Source of the DNA: an uncultured Candidatus Saccharimonadales bacterium
GTDB taxonomy: Bacteria; Patescibacteriota; Saccharimonadia; UBA4664
Assembly: GCA_964609585.1 (NCBI GenBank)
Contig: CAZSRA010000005.1
Span: forward strand, 2,502 to 66,501
Length of the DNA stretch: 64,000 bases
Direction of reading: 5' to 3'
How positions within the stretch are numbered: the stretch's first letter is position 1; every line of letters starts with the position of its first letter. Positions 1 to 8,493 of this stretch are shown here, in pieces. Under the pieces are notes generated by a model. It was not told where the DNA came from, searched no databases, and saw only the letters and a program-made list of their open reading frames with translations. The translations under genes and the position numbers were made by a program.

Positions 1-1
1 T

Positions 2-181
2 GATGCTTGGGAACGTCTCATTGCCGGGGCTGATCTCGTGCAGGGCTATACTGGTTTTATTTACAACGGGCCAGGGTGGGCAGCGCGGATTAATCGCGGA
101 CTAGCTGCGAAGGTGAGGGCTGGAGGATTTGCTTCGCTGACTGAAGCGGTGCGGGCGGAACGAACAAAACAGGGTTCATAG
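2..181 (+). CDS. pyrD: dihydroorotate dehydrogenase (quinone), C-terminal fragment; 5' end lies outside the window
   Basis: Frame 2 translates to [38 protein letters not shown]...KQGS-stop. This matches the conserved C-terminus of class 2 DHODH (GASLVQ.Y..FIY.GP motif). There is no start codon because the gene enters from upstream of the window. Confidence 0.6.
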   Translation, partial: DAWERLIAGADLVQGYTGFIYNGPGWAARINRGLAAKVRAGGFASLTEAVRAERTKQGS

Positions 182-265
182 AATCGGTGGCGCCCAGTAC
201 CACCGAGGCCGCACGAATGCAGCGAAGGTGGCGCTGGGATGCCCAGCCGCTTTTACGCGGCCGGG

Positions 266-727
266 TCAGTGAGGCTGTTCGGGACCGGGGTCGGGCGCCT
301 GAACTGCGCCCAGGTTGCGGTCAACGAACTGGAAGACGATGTTCACGGTGCCGGCCTCGTCCCTCCGCGTGAAGCTCACGAATCCCCGCGCGGGATCGAC
401 CTCGCATGTGCTCCAGAACTTCCCCGAGAAAGGATACGTGAAGACAGGCTCAAAGCTAGATCCAGACCGCTGATAGCCGGTGGCTACGATTTCATATCCG
501 TATCGCCCAGGCTCGAACGTAACCAGATCGGGCCGGCAACCCGTTGGCACACTCTGGCTGATGCGGTCAGACCCTAAGGTTAGAGCCGCCCTTCCTTCTG
601 CCATCCTCTGGAGACGAGCGATCAGCGGCTCGCACACCGCGACCAGATCGGATTCAGCAGCAAGCCGATTGAACGTATACACGATGGGCTGCTCGGCGGA
701 TGACGGCGACGGAGCGGGAGTGTTCAT
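266..727 (-). CDS. hypothetical protein (high-GC ORF)
   Basis: 153-aa ORF of about 65% GC with a GC3-biased frame. No recognisable motif was seen. Confidence 0.35.
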   Translation of the reverse strand: MNTPAPSPSSAEQPIVYTFNRLAAESDLVAVCEPLIARLQRMAEGRAALTLGSDRISQSVPTGCRPDLVTFEPGRYGYEIVATGYQRSGSSFEPVFTYPFSGKFWSTCEVDPARGFVSFTRRDEAGTVNIVFQFVDRNLGAVQAPDPGPEQPH

Positions 728-835
728 GACAGCCTCCTATCAGTGTGTCGAGACGAGTTTCTCGACGCCGGCTATCTTCACATATTAAGCTGTCGGGGTC
801 AATTTTATATTATTCGTGTACCTGGATCGGGGTTT

Positions 836-1333
836 TTAGCGCGCCCGAGAGGGGTGGCTCAGGAGAACTTTGAAGATGTAGAAATGGCTTACATATAGGA
901 GCGGGACAACGACGGTTAGGAGGTACCAAGTAGCACCGAAATCGCCGAGATTTTTCACGAGGATGGGGCCTAGCGCAAACCCAGTTAGCAAGTCTACCGT
1001 GCCTTCGAGGTTAAAGACCCAGCTGAAAAAGTTTTGCACTCGAGCAGAACGAGACCACTGTAGCGAGCCAAACGCGATATAGGCTAGCGCAACTGCAATG
1101 AGGTCGCCAATGGCTGCAGGTCCGGAAAAGCCGGTCGGTAGTTTATGGGCAACAACGCCGGTTACGAGAAAGGCGGTACCGATATAGCGAAAGAAGTGAA
1201 CCGGGATTAGCACCTTTAGGGCCGTTGTTCTTGACTGAGTTTTTAATTTTGGCCATACAAATACTTGTACGATGACGGACCAGGCGACTATTGCCAATGT
1301 GGCGCTTAGTCCGAGTAAGATTGCATTTTCCAT
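836..1333 (-). CDS. hypothetical integral membrane protein
   Basis: 165-aa ORF with about 5 hydrophobic helices; composition matches the backbone. Confidence 0.5.
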   Translation of the reverse strand: MENAILLGLSATLAIVAWSVIVQVFVWPKLKTQSRTTALKVLIPVHFFRYIGTAFLVTGVVAHKLPTGFSGPAAIGDLIAVALAYIAFGSLQWSRSARVQNFFSWVFNLEGTVDLLTGFALGPILVKNLGDFGATWYLLTVVVPLLYVSHFYIFKVLLSHPSRAR

Positions 1334-1391
1334 TGCTTATCCTTTTTTTACACTATTTTTAGACATTATTTACTAACAGCCAGGTATGTTT

Positions 1392-1823
1392 TCATTCTTT
1401 CGCGACTGTTATTTCATGTAAGGTTCTAACTATTGATTCGGCACCAACTTTTTTCTGGATATCGCGCCAAAGTGGTAGGGCCTGGATGAGCCGTTGTTTT
1501 CCCGCAGGCGTAATGGATATGATGCGCATCCGGCCGTCTCCTTCGCCCTTTGCGATGTTGACCAGGTCGCCTTTTTGCAAGACGGCGAGATTGCGCGTTA
1601 GCGTTGTACGCTCGAGGCCGAGTAGATCGGCCAGTTGCAGCATTTGCGCCTCTCCGCACTTATTGAGGGCAGCAAGCAAACCAAACTGAGCCGAGCTAAT
1701 CCCGACCGGGACTAGTGCCTTGTCGTATCTGTTCGACAAAACTCGGGCCAGACGCCGAGCCGAAAAGCTGGCGCAGGCGTCGGGTAGATCTTGGAGATCT
1801 TTGGTGATTGTGTCGTTATTCAT
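1392..1823 (-). CDS. MarR-family transcriptional regulator
   Basis: 143 aa carrying a winged-HTH region (AQFGLLAALNKCGEAQMLQLADLLGLERTTLTRNLAVLQKGDLV) typical of MarR. Confidence 0.8.
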   Translation of the reverse strand: MNNDTITKDLQDLPDACASFSARRLARVLSNRYDKALVPVGISSAQFGLLAALNKCGEAQMLQLADLLGLERTTLTRNLAVLQKGDLVNIAKGEGDGRMRIISITPAGKQRLIQALPLWRDIQKKVGAESIVRTLHEITVAKE

Positions 1824-1887
1824 ACTACATGTATATACACCTATTTAAAAAAGAAGTCAAGAAGACAGCGACCTTAGTTAAGTCGAG

Positions 1888-2460
1888 CTAAGCGCGAAAA
1901 CATTCGGGCACATGATCATTGATCATTCCCACGGCTTGCATAAATGCCAGGCAAGTGGTGGGCCCGACGAACCGGAAGCCGTTTTTCTTTAAGTCTTTGC
2001 TCATTTTTGCGCTAATCTCGGCCGCTTTTGCACCGTCGGCATGGGTTAGCGGTTTGTCAGACACGAAGCTCCAGAAATATTCATCGAGGCTGCCATGCTT
2101 TTCTTTAATGGCAAGAGTAGCCTGAGCGTTTTCTATAACTGCATTGATTTTAAGTCGGTTACGGATAATGCCTGTGTCTTGAAGGAGCATTGCTTGCTTG
2201 TTTTGGTCGTATTGAGCTATTTTTTGTGGGTCAAAATTATCGAATGCTGTGCGGTAACCATCGCGTCTTGTGAGGATAGTAAGCCAGCTTAGCCCAGCCT
2301 GCGCGCCTTCAAGATTGAGCATTTCAAATAAAAGCTCGTCATTATGAACGGGACTCCCCCACTCCGTATCATGATAGGCAACCATAAGCTCATTGCCGCC
2401 CGCCCACGAGCAGCGTGTTTTATTGTCTAATTTCATAACTTTTATGTTATCACTTTGCAC
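1888..2460 (-). CDS. tag: DNA-3-methyladenine glycosylase I
   Basis: Tag signatures CSWAGG..AYHDTEWG and LEGAQAGLSWLTIL. The start may be the internal Met MKLDNK at nt 2436. Confidence 0.85.
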   Translation of the reverse strand: MQSDNIKVMKLDNKTRCSWAGGNELMVAYHDTEWGSPVHNDELLFEMLNLEGAQAGLSWLTILTRRDGYRTAFDNFDPQKIAQYDQNKQAMLLQDTGIIRNRLKINAVIENAQATLAIKEKHGSLDEYFWSFVSDKPLTHADGAKAAEISAKMSKDLKKNGFRFVGPTTCLAFMQAVGMINDHVPECFRA

Positions 2461-2593
2461 TACGCGGCATTGGATGGAGCTGCATCATGCTTGCCTGACT
2501 TTGACGACGTGATTTTTCTAGCACTTATCTGTCGTATATGAAGATCTCGGTTTTTGCATATAATTAAGGGAGGTAATCAAGGGCTCGAATGAG

Positions 2594-5500
2594 ATGGATG
2601 AGCAAGAACCGCACGCTGATAAAGAAGGTGCATTTCATGACTACGCTGCAGACTTCGCTGAAGCTACGAGCGCGGAATTGTCCCAGGATACTAAGACGAG
2701 CTCTTCAGATAGATATAGTCTTTTACCTCCTGAAGTTCGAGCCGCTTACGAAACAGGAGATGCAGATCAGCTAACTAGGGCCATCCAGACGGGTCTTATG
2801 ACCGCCATTAATATTGACAGTGAGACTGGTATTTTTGCGGCCAAGAATAAGGCCTTACTTGAACAACAATTAGTCGCCAGCGGCTTAGTTGCAGAGTTGG
2901 CCGAAGCTTATGCTACTTTAACTGATCCAGGAGTACCCGGCTCGCAACCGGGACGCCGAATACATCAAAGTCAAAGAAGTAGGCGGTTCATCGAATTAGC
3001 TGCAGGGGTACCTTATGACGAGGCTGGTCATCCAAAGGATGGCAAAACTCATGTTCTGGCCACGGATCATAATGATTTACTGGCCACTGATTGGGTTGCA
3101 CTTGCTTCTCTTCAAGAACCCGGCATCGAACAACAGAAATATTTACAGAGGTCTCTTGATGCACTTCGTGTTCGTCGAGCTTCGCGGCCGCAGAATTCCT
3201 ATGGTGTGGAAGAATATGTGGGGATAGCCGAAACGATTACTCCAGGTCTTGTGCCGAATATTCTCACCCTCGCTCGCGAGGCTCGTCAAATAAATGGTTT
3301 TAGTTCAGACCCTTTAGTCGACCAGGCCGATGCCGCAATCCTACAGTTCATACATAATGGACGAGAAGATCTTGCGACAGCGCTTTTAACCCCCTCGGGG
3401 AACGAGCCAGAACGGATCGCTCGCGCGCAGGATACTCTCCAGATGAGCACGGAAGAAAGAGACGCAACCGTACAACGTGCCGTAGCGCTGTATCAGGAAA
3501 AGGTTAAACAGTTTCGTGAAGCTATGACCGATCGCGGAATTCCTGAGGATATATTTGATCTAATAATCGATTCTATTTTATCTCATACAAATGATCCGGA
3601 GACGGCTCTTGAGGTTTCGCCGGATTTCTGGCAAACATTGGATGCCTTGCCTTATGCCGTAGAGGATAGCTTTTACAATACAAAGGGCTCGTTAGGCAGG
3701 GCATCTGAGTGTATTCAAGCCCTCGCGCAAAACGGATTGCTTGCTCAGTCACCTCGGGTTTTACCGGAAATGATGATTTTTGAGGACTCGACTAGCCGAG
3801 AGGCTTATGCAGCTTCGCTTTCTGAAGCCATCAGTGCTGAAGAGTCTGCAGGACGATCCTGGTCCGGTGGCTTTGCAGGTTTTAATGATCCTGCGGCCGC
3901 AAGAGAACTAGCTCTTCGTTTATTTCCACCCGAGGATCTATCCTCAGCCTCCCAAGCAACGATGACGCTTCTCGATGATCATCTCCACAAAGCGTATGGT
4001 CACCTGCCTTATTCCGATGGTCTCGTAGTGCTTAACCCCGAGCATAGCTCTTTTCTTGAGAGGGCAAAGGAGCTGCTCGTTAAGGGTGGACTTAGCGATG
4101 ACGGAGCCCTAGAACATATAGGCAAGCTCGCTATCAACTCTGAAGACGGCCCTGAAAATAGCGCTAAACTCTTGGACGCGCTTTCGATGTTTGAAGGACG
4201 ACAAGACGCAGCTGAAGGTCTTGCTCTTATGCTTGCTGCTAAAAACCCCGCAGAAGCCGCAAAAACGTGGGCCACCTACTCTAGGGAAGTTTCGACTTTA
4301 CCCGAATCTGCGCAAGCCGACCTTAAAAAAGTCTTCAGTGAGAGTCTCGAGCCGATGGAACATGCCCAGGCCTACTTTGGGCTTGTGACTGAGCTAGCAG
4401 CCCATAATGTTGCTCTCGGCCAGGATAATAGCTCAAGCTTCAGAGACCTATTTAAAAATACTCTGAGAGCGCCCGGGGAAAGGCAAAGGCTTATTGAAAA
4501 TTTTGTGGACCGAGATGTTATTTCTCGAGAAACACGCGCACGTTTGTCGCCGTACTTCCATGAGATCGTAGCCGAGGCCAAGGCCAAAACAGATGACGAT
4601 ACAGAGGAGGTAAAGCCCCCAGACCCTAGTACTCCTATCGAAGCTGTCGATCCATTTGAAGCCTACCCGGAAACGAAGGCCATCTTTAGGCGACTTGGCA
4701 TACCGGAACCCGTTGCCAAGGTTATGTACGATACCTGGCGAAGCTACGACAGCCTTGGTAAGGTCGCTCGGGATCAAGAAGACAGAGATTTCAAACCGAA
4801 GAAGCTCAAAGATTTTACTCCCGGTGATATCGAGGCTGTTTTAACCACTCGCATCAATAGAGTGAATCAACAACTTCTCGCAGCAAAAGAATATATTCGC
4901 GCCTATGGAATAGAAGAACTCCTGGAAGTGCACGACACATTTGAGACGGTAAACTTTATCCGCTCTAGACCTGAACGAATGCATGATCAGCTTATGCGCT
5001 GGCAAGATCCTAATGAAATAATAAAGGTTTTATCGGCTTCGGCATACCGGGATCCTAATGGAGCCTTTGATACAGCTGCCAATGATGCCTTTGGGCGGTT
5101 TGGTGAACCTGGTACCTTTTGTTTTGAGGCCAATGGTAAGGTTGGAATTGCTAAAATGGCCGTCAAGGCTGGCAAACGGGAACGAAGCATGGGACGTGAT
5201 CCCGAAATTGATTCACAACTCGAAATTGTCGAGATAAATGCACATGGCTCTCCTTCGACTTTAGCTCTTGGCGTTAAATTTGATACGCATGGCGATCTGC
5301 TGACTCAGGACGGATGGGATGTGGAGGATAATCTTGATCTAGAGGCCTACGCTCAGGCTGCTCAGAATCGAACAAAGGTCAAGGCCTTTGCTAATACTTA
5401 TAAAAAACATCTCGGCAGCGGTTATCGTGTAATCTTAAGCGCCTGCAGCACGGCTGGAGATGTAATCTTGAAAGCTTCAGAACAGGTAGATCCTGGTGAT

Positions 5501-5677
5501 CAGGGGTTAAAGAACATTGCTGAGACGTTGTCTGATGCACATGGTCGTCCGGTTTTTGCTAGTCCTAAAGATATTTACTCATACTCCATCGCCCCAGATG
5601 GAGCCATTGCTTTTGTAACTTCGCGAGATGGCAGAGAGCTAACTCCAGCTCGCATATACGAATCAGAGACGGTTTAA
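2594..5677 (+). CDS. large (1027 aa) hypothetical protein with a C-terminal CHAT/caspase-like protease signature
   Basis: Long uninterrupted ORF with no signal peptide or TM helices and a largely helical N-terminal 800 aa. The last about 200 aa contain EINAHGSP...RVILSACSTAGDV, resembling the His and Cys catalytic dyad of CHAT/caspase-fold peptidases. A GGGAGG RBS-like motif sits about 21 nt upstream, so the start may be slightly off. Confidence 0.6.
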   Translation: MDEQEPHADKEGAFHDYAADFAEATSAELSQDTKTSSSDRYSLLPPEVRAAYETGDADQLTRAIQTGLMTAINIDSETGIFAAKNKALLEQQLVASGLVAELAEAYATLTDPGVPGSQPGRRIHQSQRSRRFIELAAGVPYDEAGHPKDGKTHVLATDHNDLLATDWVALASLQEPGIEQQKYLQRSLDALRVRRASRPQNSYGVEEYVGIAETITPGLVPNILTLAREARQINGFSSDPLVDQADAAILQFIHNGREDLATALLTPSGNEPERIARAQDTLQMSTEERDATVQRAVALYQEKVKQFREAMTDRGIPEDIFDLIIDSILSHTNDPETALEVSPDFWQTLDALPYAVEDSFYNTKGSLGRASECIQALAQNGLLAQSPRVLPEMMIFEDSTSREAYAASLSEAISAEESAGRSWSGGFAGFNDPAAARELALRLFPPEDLSSASQATMTLLDDHLHKAYGHLPYSDGLVVLNPEHSSFLERAKELLVKGGLSDDGALEHIGKLAINSEDGPENSAKLLDALSMFEGRQDAAEGLALMLAAKNPAEAAKTWATYSREVSTLPESAQADLKKVFSESLEPMEHAQAYFGLVTELAAHNVALGQDNSSSFRDLFKNTLRAPGERQRLIENFVDRDVISRETRARLSPYFHEIVAEAKAKTDDDTEEVKPPDPSTPIEAVDPFEAYPETKAIFRRLGIPEPVAKVMYDTWRSYDSLGKVARDQEDRDFKPKKLKDFTPGDIEAVLTTRINRVNQQLLAAKEYIRAYGIEELLEVHDTFETVNFIRSRPERMHDQLMRWQDPNEIIKVLSASAYRDPNGAFDTAANDAFGRFGEPGTFCFEANGKVGIAKMAVKAGKRERSMGRDPEIDSQLEIVEINAHGSPSTLALGVKFDTHGDLLTQDGWDVEDNLDLEAYAQAAQNRTKVKAFANTYKKHLGSGYRVILSACSTAGDVILKASEQVDPGDQGLKNIAETLSDAHGRPVFASPKDIYSYSIAPDGAIAFVTSRDGRELTPARIYESETV

Positions 5678-5831
5678 GATTAATGTCGCTCTAGGTTTTG
5701 AGAACTTAGCTGGCACAGAAACCTGCGACGTTGCCAGTCTACCAAGAAGTTGTTGATGAAACCAAAAATACTAGCCTTATATCAGATATAAAATCAGATA
5801 TTTCAGCTAGCATTATTGCCAGATAATTCAT

Positions 5832-5915
5832 TGGTGCGCGAGAGAGGACTCGAACCTCCACGCCTTGCGGCACTTGCCCCTCAGACAAGCGTGTATACCA
5901 TTTCACCACTCGCGC
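5832..5915 (-). tRNA. tRNA-Leu (anticodon GAG), type II with long variable arm, CCA encoded
   Basis: The reverse complement GCGCGAGTGGTGAAATGGTATACACGCTTGTCTGAGGGGCAAGTGCCGCAAGGCGTGGAGGTTCGAGTCCTCTCTCGCGCACCA folds as a cloverleaf by hand. It has a 7-bp acceptor stem, anticodon stem CTTGT/GCAAG with loop CTGAGGG, a GGAGG-TTCGAGT-CCTCT T-arm and an extra arm. Confidence 0.85.
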
Positions 5916-5975
5916 GTGGATTGGTTAACTGGGTTACTTTAGCATATTTCCGAACGCAGGTGAAGTGGGGGATGT

Positions 5976-6308
5976 TCAATCTAAAATATAGGCGGCGGCT
6001 AGGCAAACGACGCCCAGAAAAATGATGAAGGGCCACAGAAACATAACATTGATGGTGTAATAAACGTTGTTGGGCTTGGTCCACCAACTTCTAATCCGCT
6101 TGGCTTTGCGATAATTGTCCCAAATGCGGAGGCGATTGAGCTCAATGAGCGATCCGGCCGTAATGAGGGTGACACCGAGGCCAGTAAGCCCCATGATAGG
6201 GCTGTTTTGGCCGATGAGCGCAAAGATGGAGATGAGGGCGATGAAGAGCCCTGGCGCAAAGCTGGGGGCTGGGGTTTTACCGCGCATTATGAGGTGAGAT
6301 ATAAGCAT
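5976..6308 (-). CDS. small hypothetical membrane protein (110 aa)
   Basis: The ORF-track entry 5976..6602 runs across the tRNA flank. A plausible start is the ATG at 6308 (MLISHLIMRGK...), which has an AGGAG motif 10 nt upstream. The product has 3 predicted TM helices. Confidence 0.45.
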   Translation of the reverse strand: MLISHLIMRGKTPAPSFAPGLFIALISIFALIGQNSPIMGLTGLGVTLITAGSLIELNRLRIWDNYRKAKRIRSWWTKPNNVYYTINVMFLWPFIIFLGVVCLAAAYILD

Positions 6309-6342
6309 ATGTTTTGGGCTCCTAAGTAATAATTTATGCTTC

Positions 6343-7968
6343 TTATGTATACACGAGGTAATCGTGTTGGCGTCCACGTGCGAATTCGGTCCGTAGATGC
6401 GCGCGAATGTAGTCCTCGGTGGCACCGGTCTTTTTGGTGGGATTGAAAATATTCTGGGGATCAAAGATGTGTTTGGTGGTGGCGAGGAGTTCAAAGAATT
6501 CTTCACCGTAGATTTTTGCAAGCGACGCGGCGCGCAGGAGATTATCGTTGTGGGTAGCCGAAGGGACGCCGCCGAGAGAAATAACGAGGTCGATGTATTC
6601 ATGGCTGAGGGTAAAGAGCTTGTCGACGTCTTTTTTGCGAGCTAGATCGAGGCGAGGCTGAAACCGCAAATTGCCAGTGCCGGCGTGGCCCCAAATGGCG
6701 ACTTCGAGATCGTGTTTGGCGAGGAGTTTGTAGATTTTGTCGAAGAGTTGCGCGAGCTTGTCTACGGGAACGGCGGCATCTTCCACAAATGGCAGCGCTT
6801 TTTTGGGTCCGTGTCCGAGCCAGGCTGCAACCGACGCGCGTCGAATTTTCCAGAGTGCGACTTGCTCTACGGGGTTTGTAGAAATACGCACCGTGCCGTT
6901 ATGGCGCTTTATGATGCGAGCAGCTTTGGTGCTGCGAAGCTTTTGGCTAAATTGAGAAGCGTTGTCAAACTCTACGAGCATGACGAGTCGCGGCACATCC
7001 TCGGGTATGAGATCTTTGAGGTCGGCTGGCCGCAGATTGTGGTGGAATTCGAGTACGTTGTGGTCGACGATTTCAACGGCGCTGGGTTCCAGAGTCAGCA
7101 ACCGCTTCACAGCGGCGGTAGCTTCGGGTACGGAATCGAAATTCCCGACCACAAGCGTTGTACGAGGATTATAGGGGGCGATCGCTAGAGTGATCTCGGT
7201 AATGAGACCGAGGGTGCCTTGGGAGCCGATGAAAACTTGGCTAAGGTCAAAAGAGCCGTTTTTACCGCGAACAGACCAAAGATCGTAGCCGGTAGAATTT
7301 TCTACCCCGGTTACTTGGCTTTTTTTAATGAGGGCTTCGTGGTCAGTGAGGAGGTTATCGAATTTGCGGTAGAGCTCGCCTTCGAGCGTGCTGAGACCTT
7401 TTTTGCGATTGAGTTCGCGGGCACTGATGCGACGAGTTTCAATGAGCGAACCGTCTGCAAGCACCACCTTTAAACTACGAACGGCTCGGCGGATAGTGCC
7501 ATATTTCACCGATTTTTCGCCACCGGAAGCACTCGCGACCACTCCCCCAATGGTGGAATATTCGTCGCCAATGGGAGCCTGCGGAATATGACGAAGGTGC
7601 GTGTAGAGCGCTTGCTGCAGCGTGTGGACGATAATGCCCGGCTGAACGGTGACGGTGTTGCGGTCGAGGCGGATGAGTTTGTTCATGTGGGCCGGGAAAA
7701 CAATCTGCAGGCCTTCGCCGACGGACCCGCCGCTTTGGTCACTCCCCTTCCCGCGGGCGACTATGGGCAGCGGGCGACCGGAAGCGGTACGTTCGTCGGC
7801 AAATTGGACGGTTTTGCAGACGTCGGCGGTGTTTTGAGGGTAGACAACTGCTGTTGGGGCGGCGGTAAAAATGCTTTGGTCCGTGGAGAAATGCTCAAGA
7901 GTGTCGGGGTCGTCGGTAACGCTTCCGAGCAGGCGGCTTTGGAGCTCTCTGAGATAGGCGTGTTTCAT
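6343..7968 (-). CDS. FAD-binding oxidoreductase (FAD-linked oxidase, GlcD/D-lactate dehydrogenase-like)
   Basis: Has an N-terminal PCMH-type FAD-binding segment (AVVYPQNTADVCKTVQFADE...PIVARGKGSDQSGGSV) and a C-terminal FAD-oxidase_C-like region. The start chosen is MKHAYLRELQ at 7968; the ORF-track start at 8109 adds 47 aa that are probably untranslated. Confidence 0.75.
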   Translation of the reverse strand: MKHAYLRELQSRLLGSVTDDPDTLEHFSTDQSIFTAAPTAVVYPQNTADVCKTVQFADERTASGRPLPIVARGKGSDQSGGSVGEGLQIVFPAHMNKLIRLDRNTVTVQPGIIVHTLQQALYTHLRHIPQAPIGDEYSTIGGVVASASGGEKSVKYGTIRRAVRSLKVVLADGSLIETRRISARELNRKKGLSTLEGELYRKFDNLLTDHEALIKKSQVTGVENSTGYDLWSVRGKNGSFDLSQVFIGSQGTLGLITEITLAIAPYNPRTTLVVGNFDSVPEATAAVKRLLTLEPSAVEIVDHNVLEFHHNLRPADLKDLIPEDVPRLVMLVEFDNASQFSQKLRSTKAARIIKRHNGTVRISTNPVEQVALWKIRRASVAAWLGHGPKKALPFVEDAAVPVDKLAQLFDKIYKLLAKHDLEVAIWGHAGTGNLRFQPRLDLARKKDVDKLFTLSHEYIDLVISLGGVPSATHNDNLLRAASLAKIYGEEFFELLATTKHIFDPQNIFNPTKKTGATEDYIRAHLRTEFARGRQHDYLVYT

Positions 7969-8283
7969 ACCTTTATGATACGGTGGAGCGCGAAAAATTA
8001 CAAAGCGCTTATGGCAAAAAAAAGCGGGTTCTCCGAAATTCCTCGCTGTCGCTTTCACGAAGATTCTGTTCAGCCCCGTTCGATACATTATTTTCAGGCA
8101 TGTGGGCATTGGTGGTATTTCTAAAATTTAAAGCGCTTATGGTAAAATTTTTGATTCTTTTGTCTTAGAAAAATGAATCATTTTTTTATAAATTCATGAT
8201 CGTGTGGTCGGGCAGAAAACAACAAGCTCGATTTCACACGTACCAACCCCTTCTTCTCTTTGATGTGAGGAGGTGTGAAAAGC

Positions 8284-8394
8284 ATGGAGGAGTACGAGAC
8301 GCCCGAAGCGTTCGAGCTCGGCAACCTCCGCGACGAGACCCACGGCAGCAACGGGTTCAACGACGCGGACGACACGCAGTACGACCAGGCGTAG
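8284..8394 (+). CDS. lasso peptide precursor (A peptide), 36 aa; not in the ORF track
   Basis: atggaggagtacgag...caggcgtag encodes MEEYETPEAFELGNLRDETH/GSNGFNDADDTQYDQA. GAGGAGG sits 8 nt upstream. The leader fits YxxPxLxxxGxxxxxTx with Y-17, P-14, G-8 and T-2. The core starts with Gly1 and has Asp7 and Asp9 available for the isopeptide ring. It lies immediately upstream of the C, B1 and B2 genes. Confidence 0.65.
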   Translation: MEEYETPEAFELGNLRDETHGSNGFNDADDTQYDQA

Positions 8395-8493
8395 GCGCCG
8401 GGTCGTACATAAGTTTTGCCCGTAATGGGTGAAGCTGCATGCCGGGGGCGTATATCGTCCCCGGCATGTCCCCATCTTCCTAAGGAGTATTGA

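Noticed and set aside
2589-2774. 61-aa ORF overlapping the start of the 1027-aa gene
   Set aside because: It is an alternative frame at the 5' end of a much longer, better-supported ORF.
5976-6602. 208-aa ORF running into the tRNA-Leu flank
   Set aside because: Its N-terminal 98 codons are Ser/Pro-rich and low-complexity. A plausible RBS-equipped start occurs at 6308, so only 5976-6308 is retained as a possible small membrane protein.
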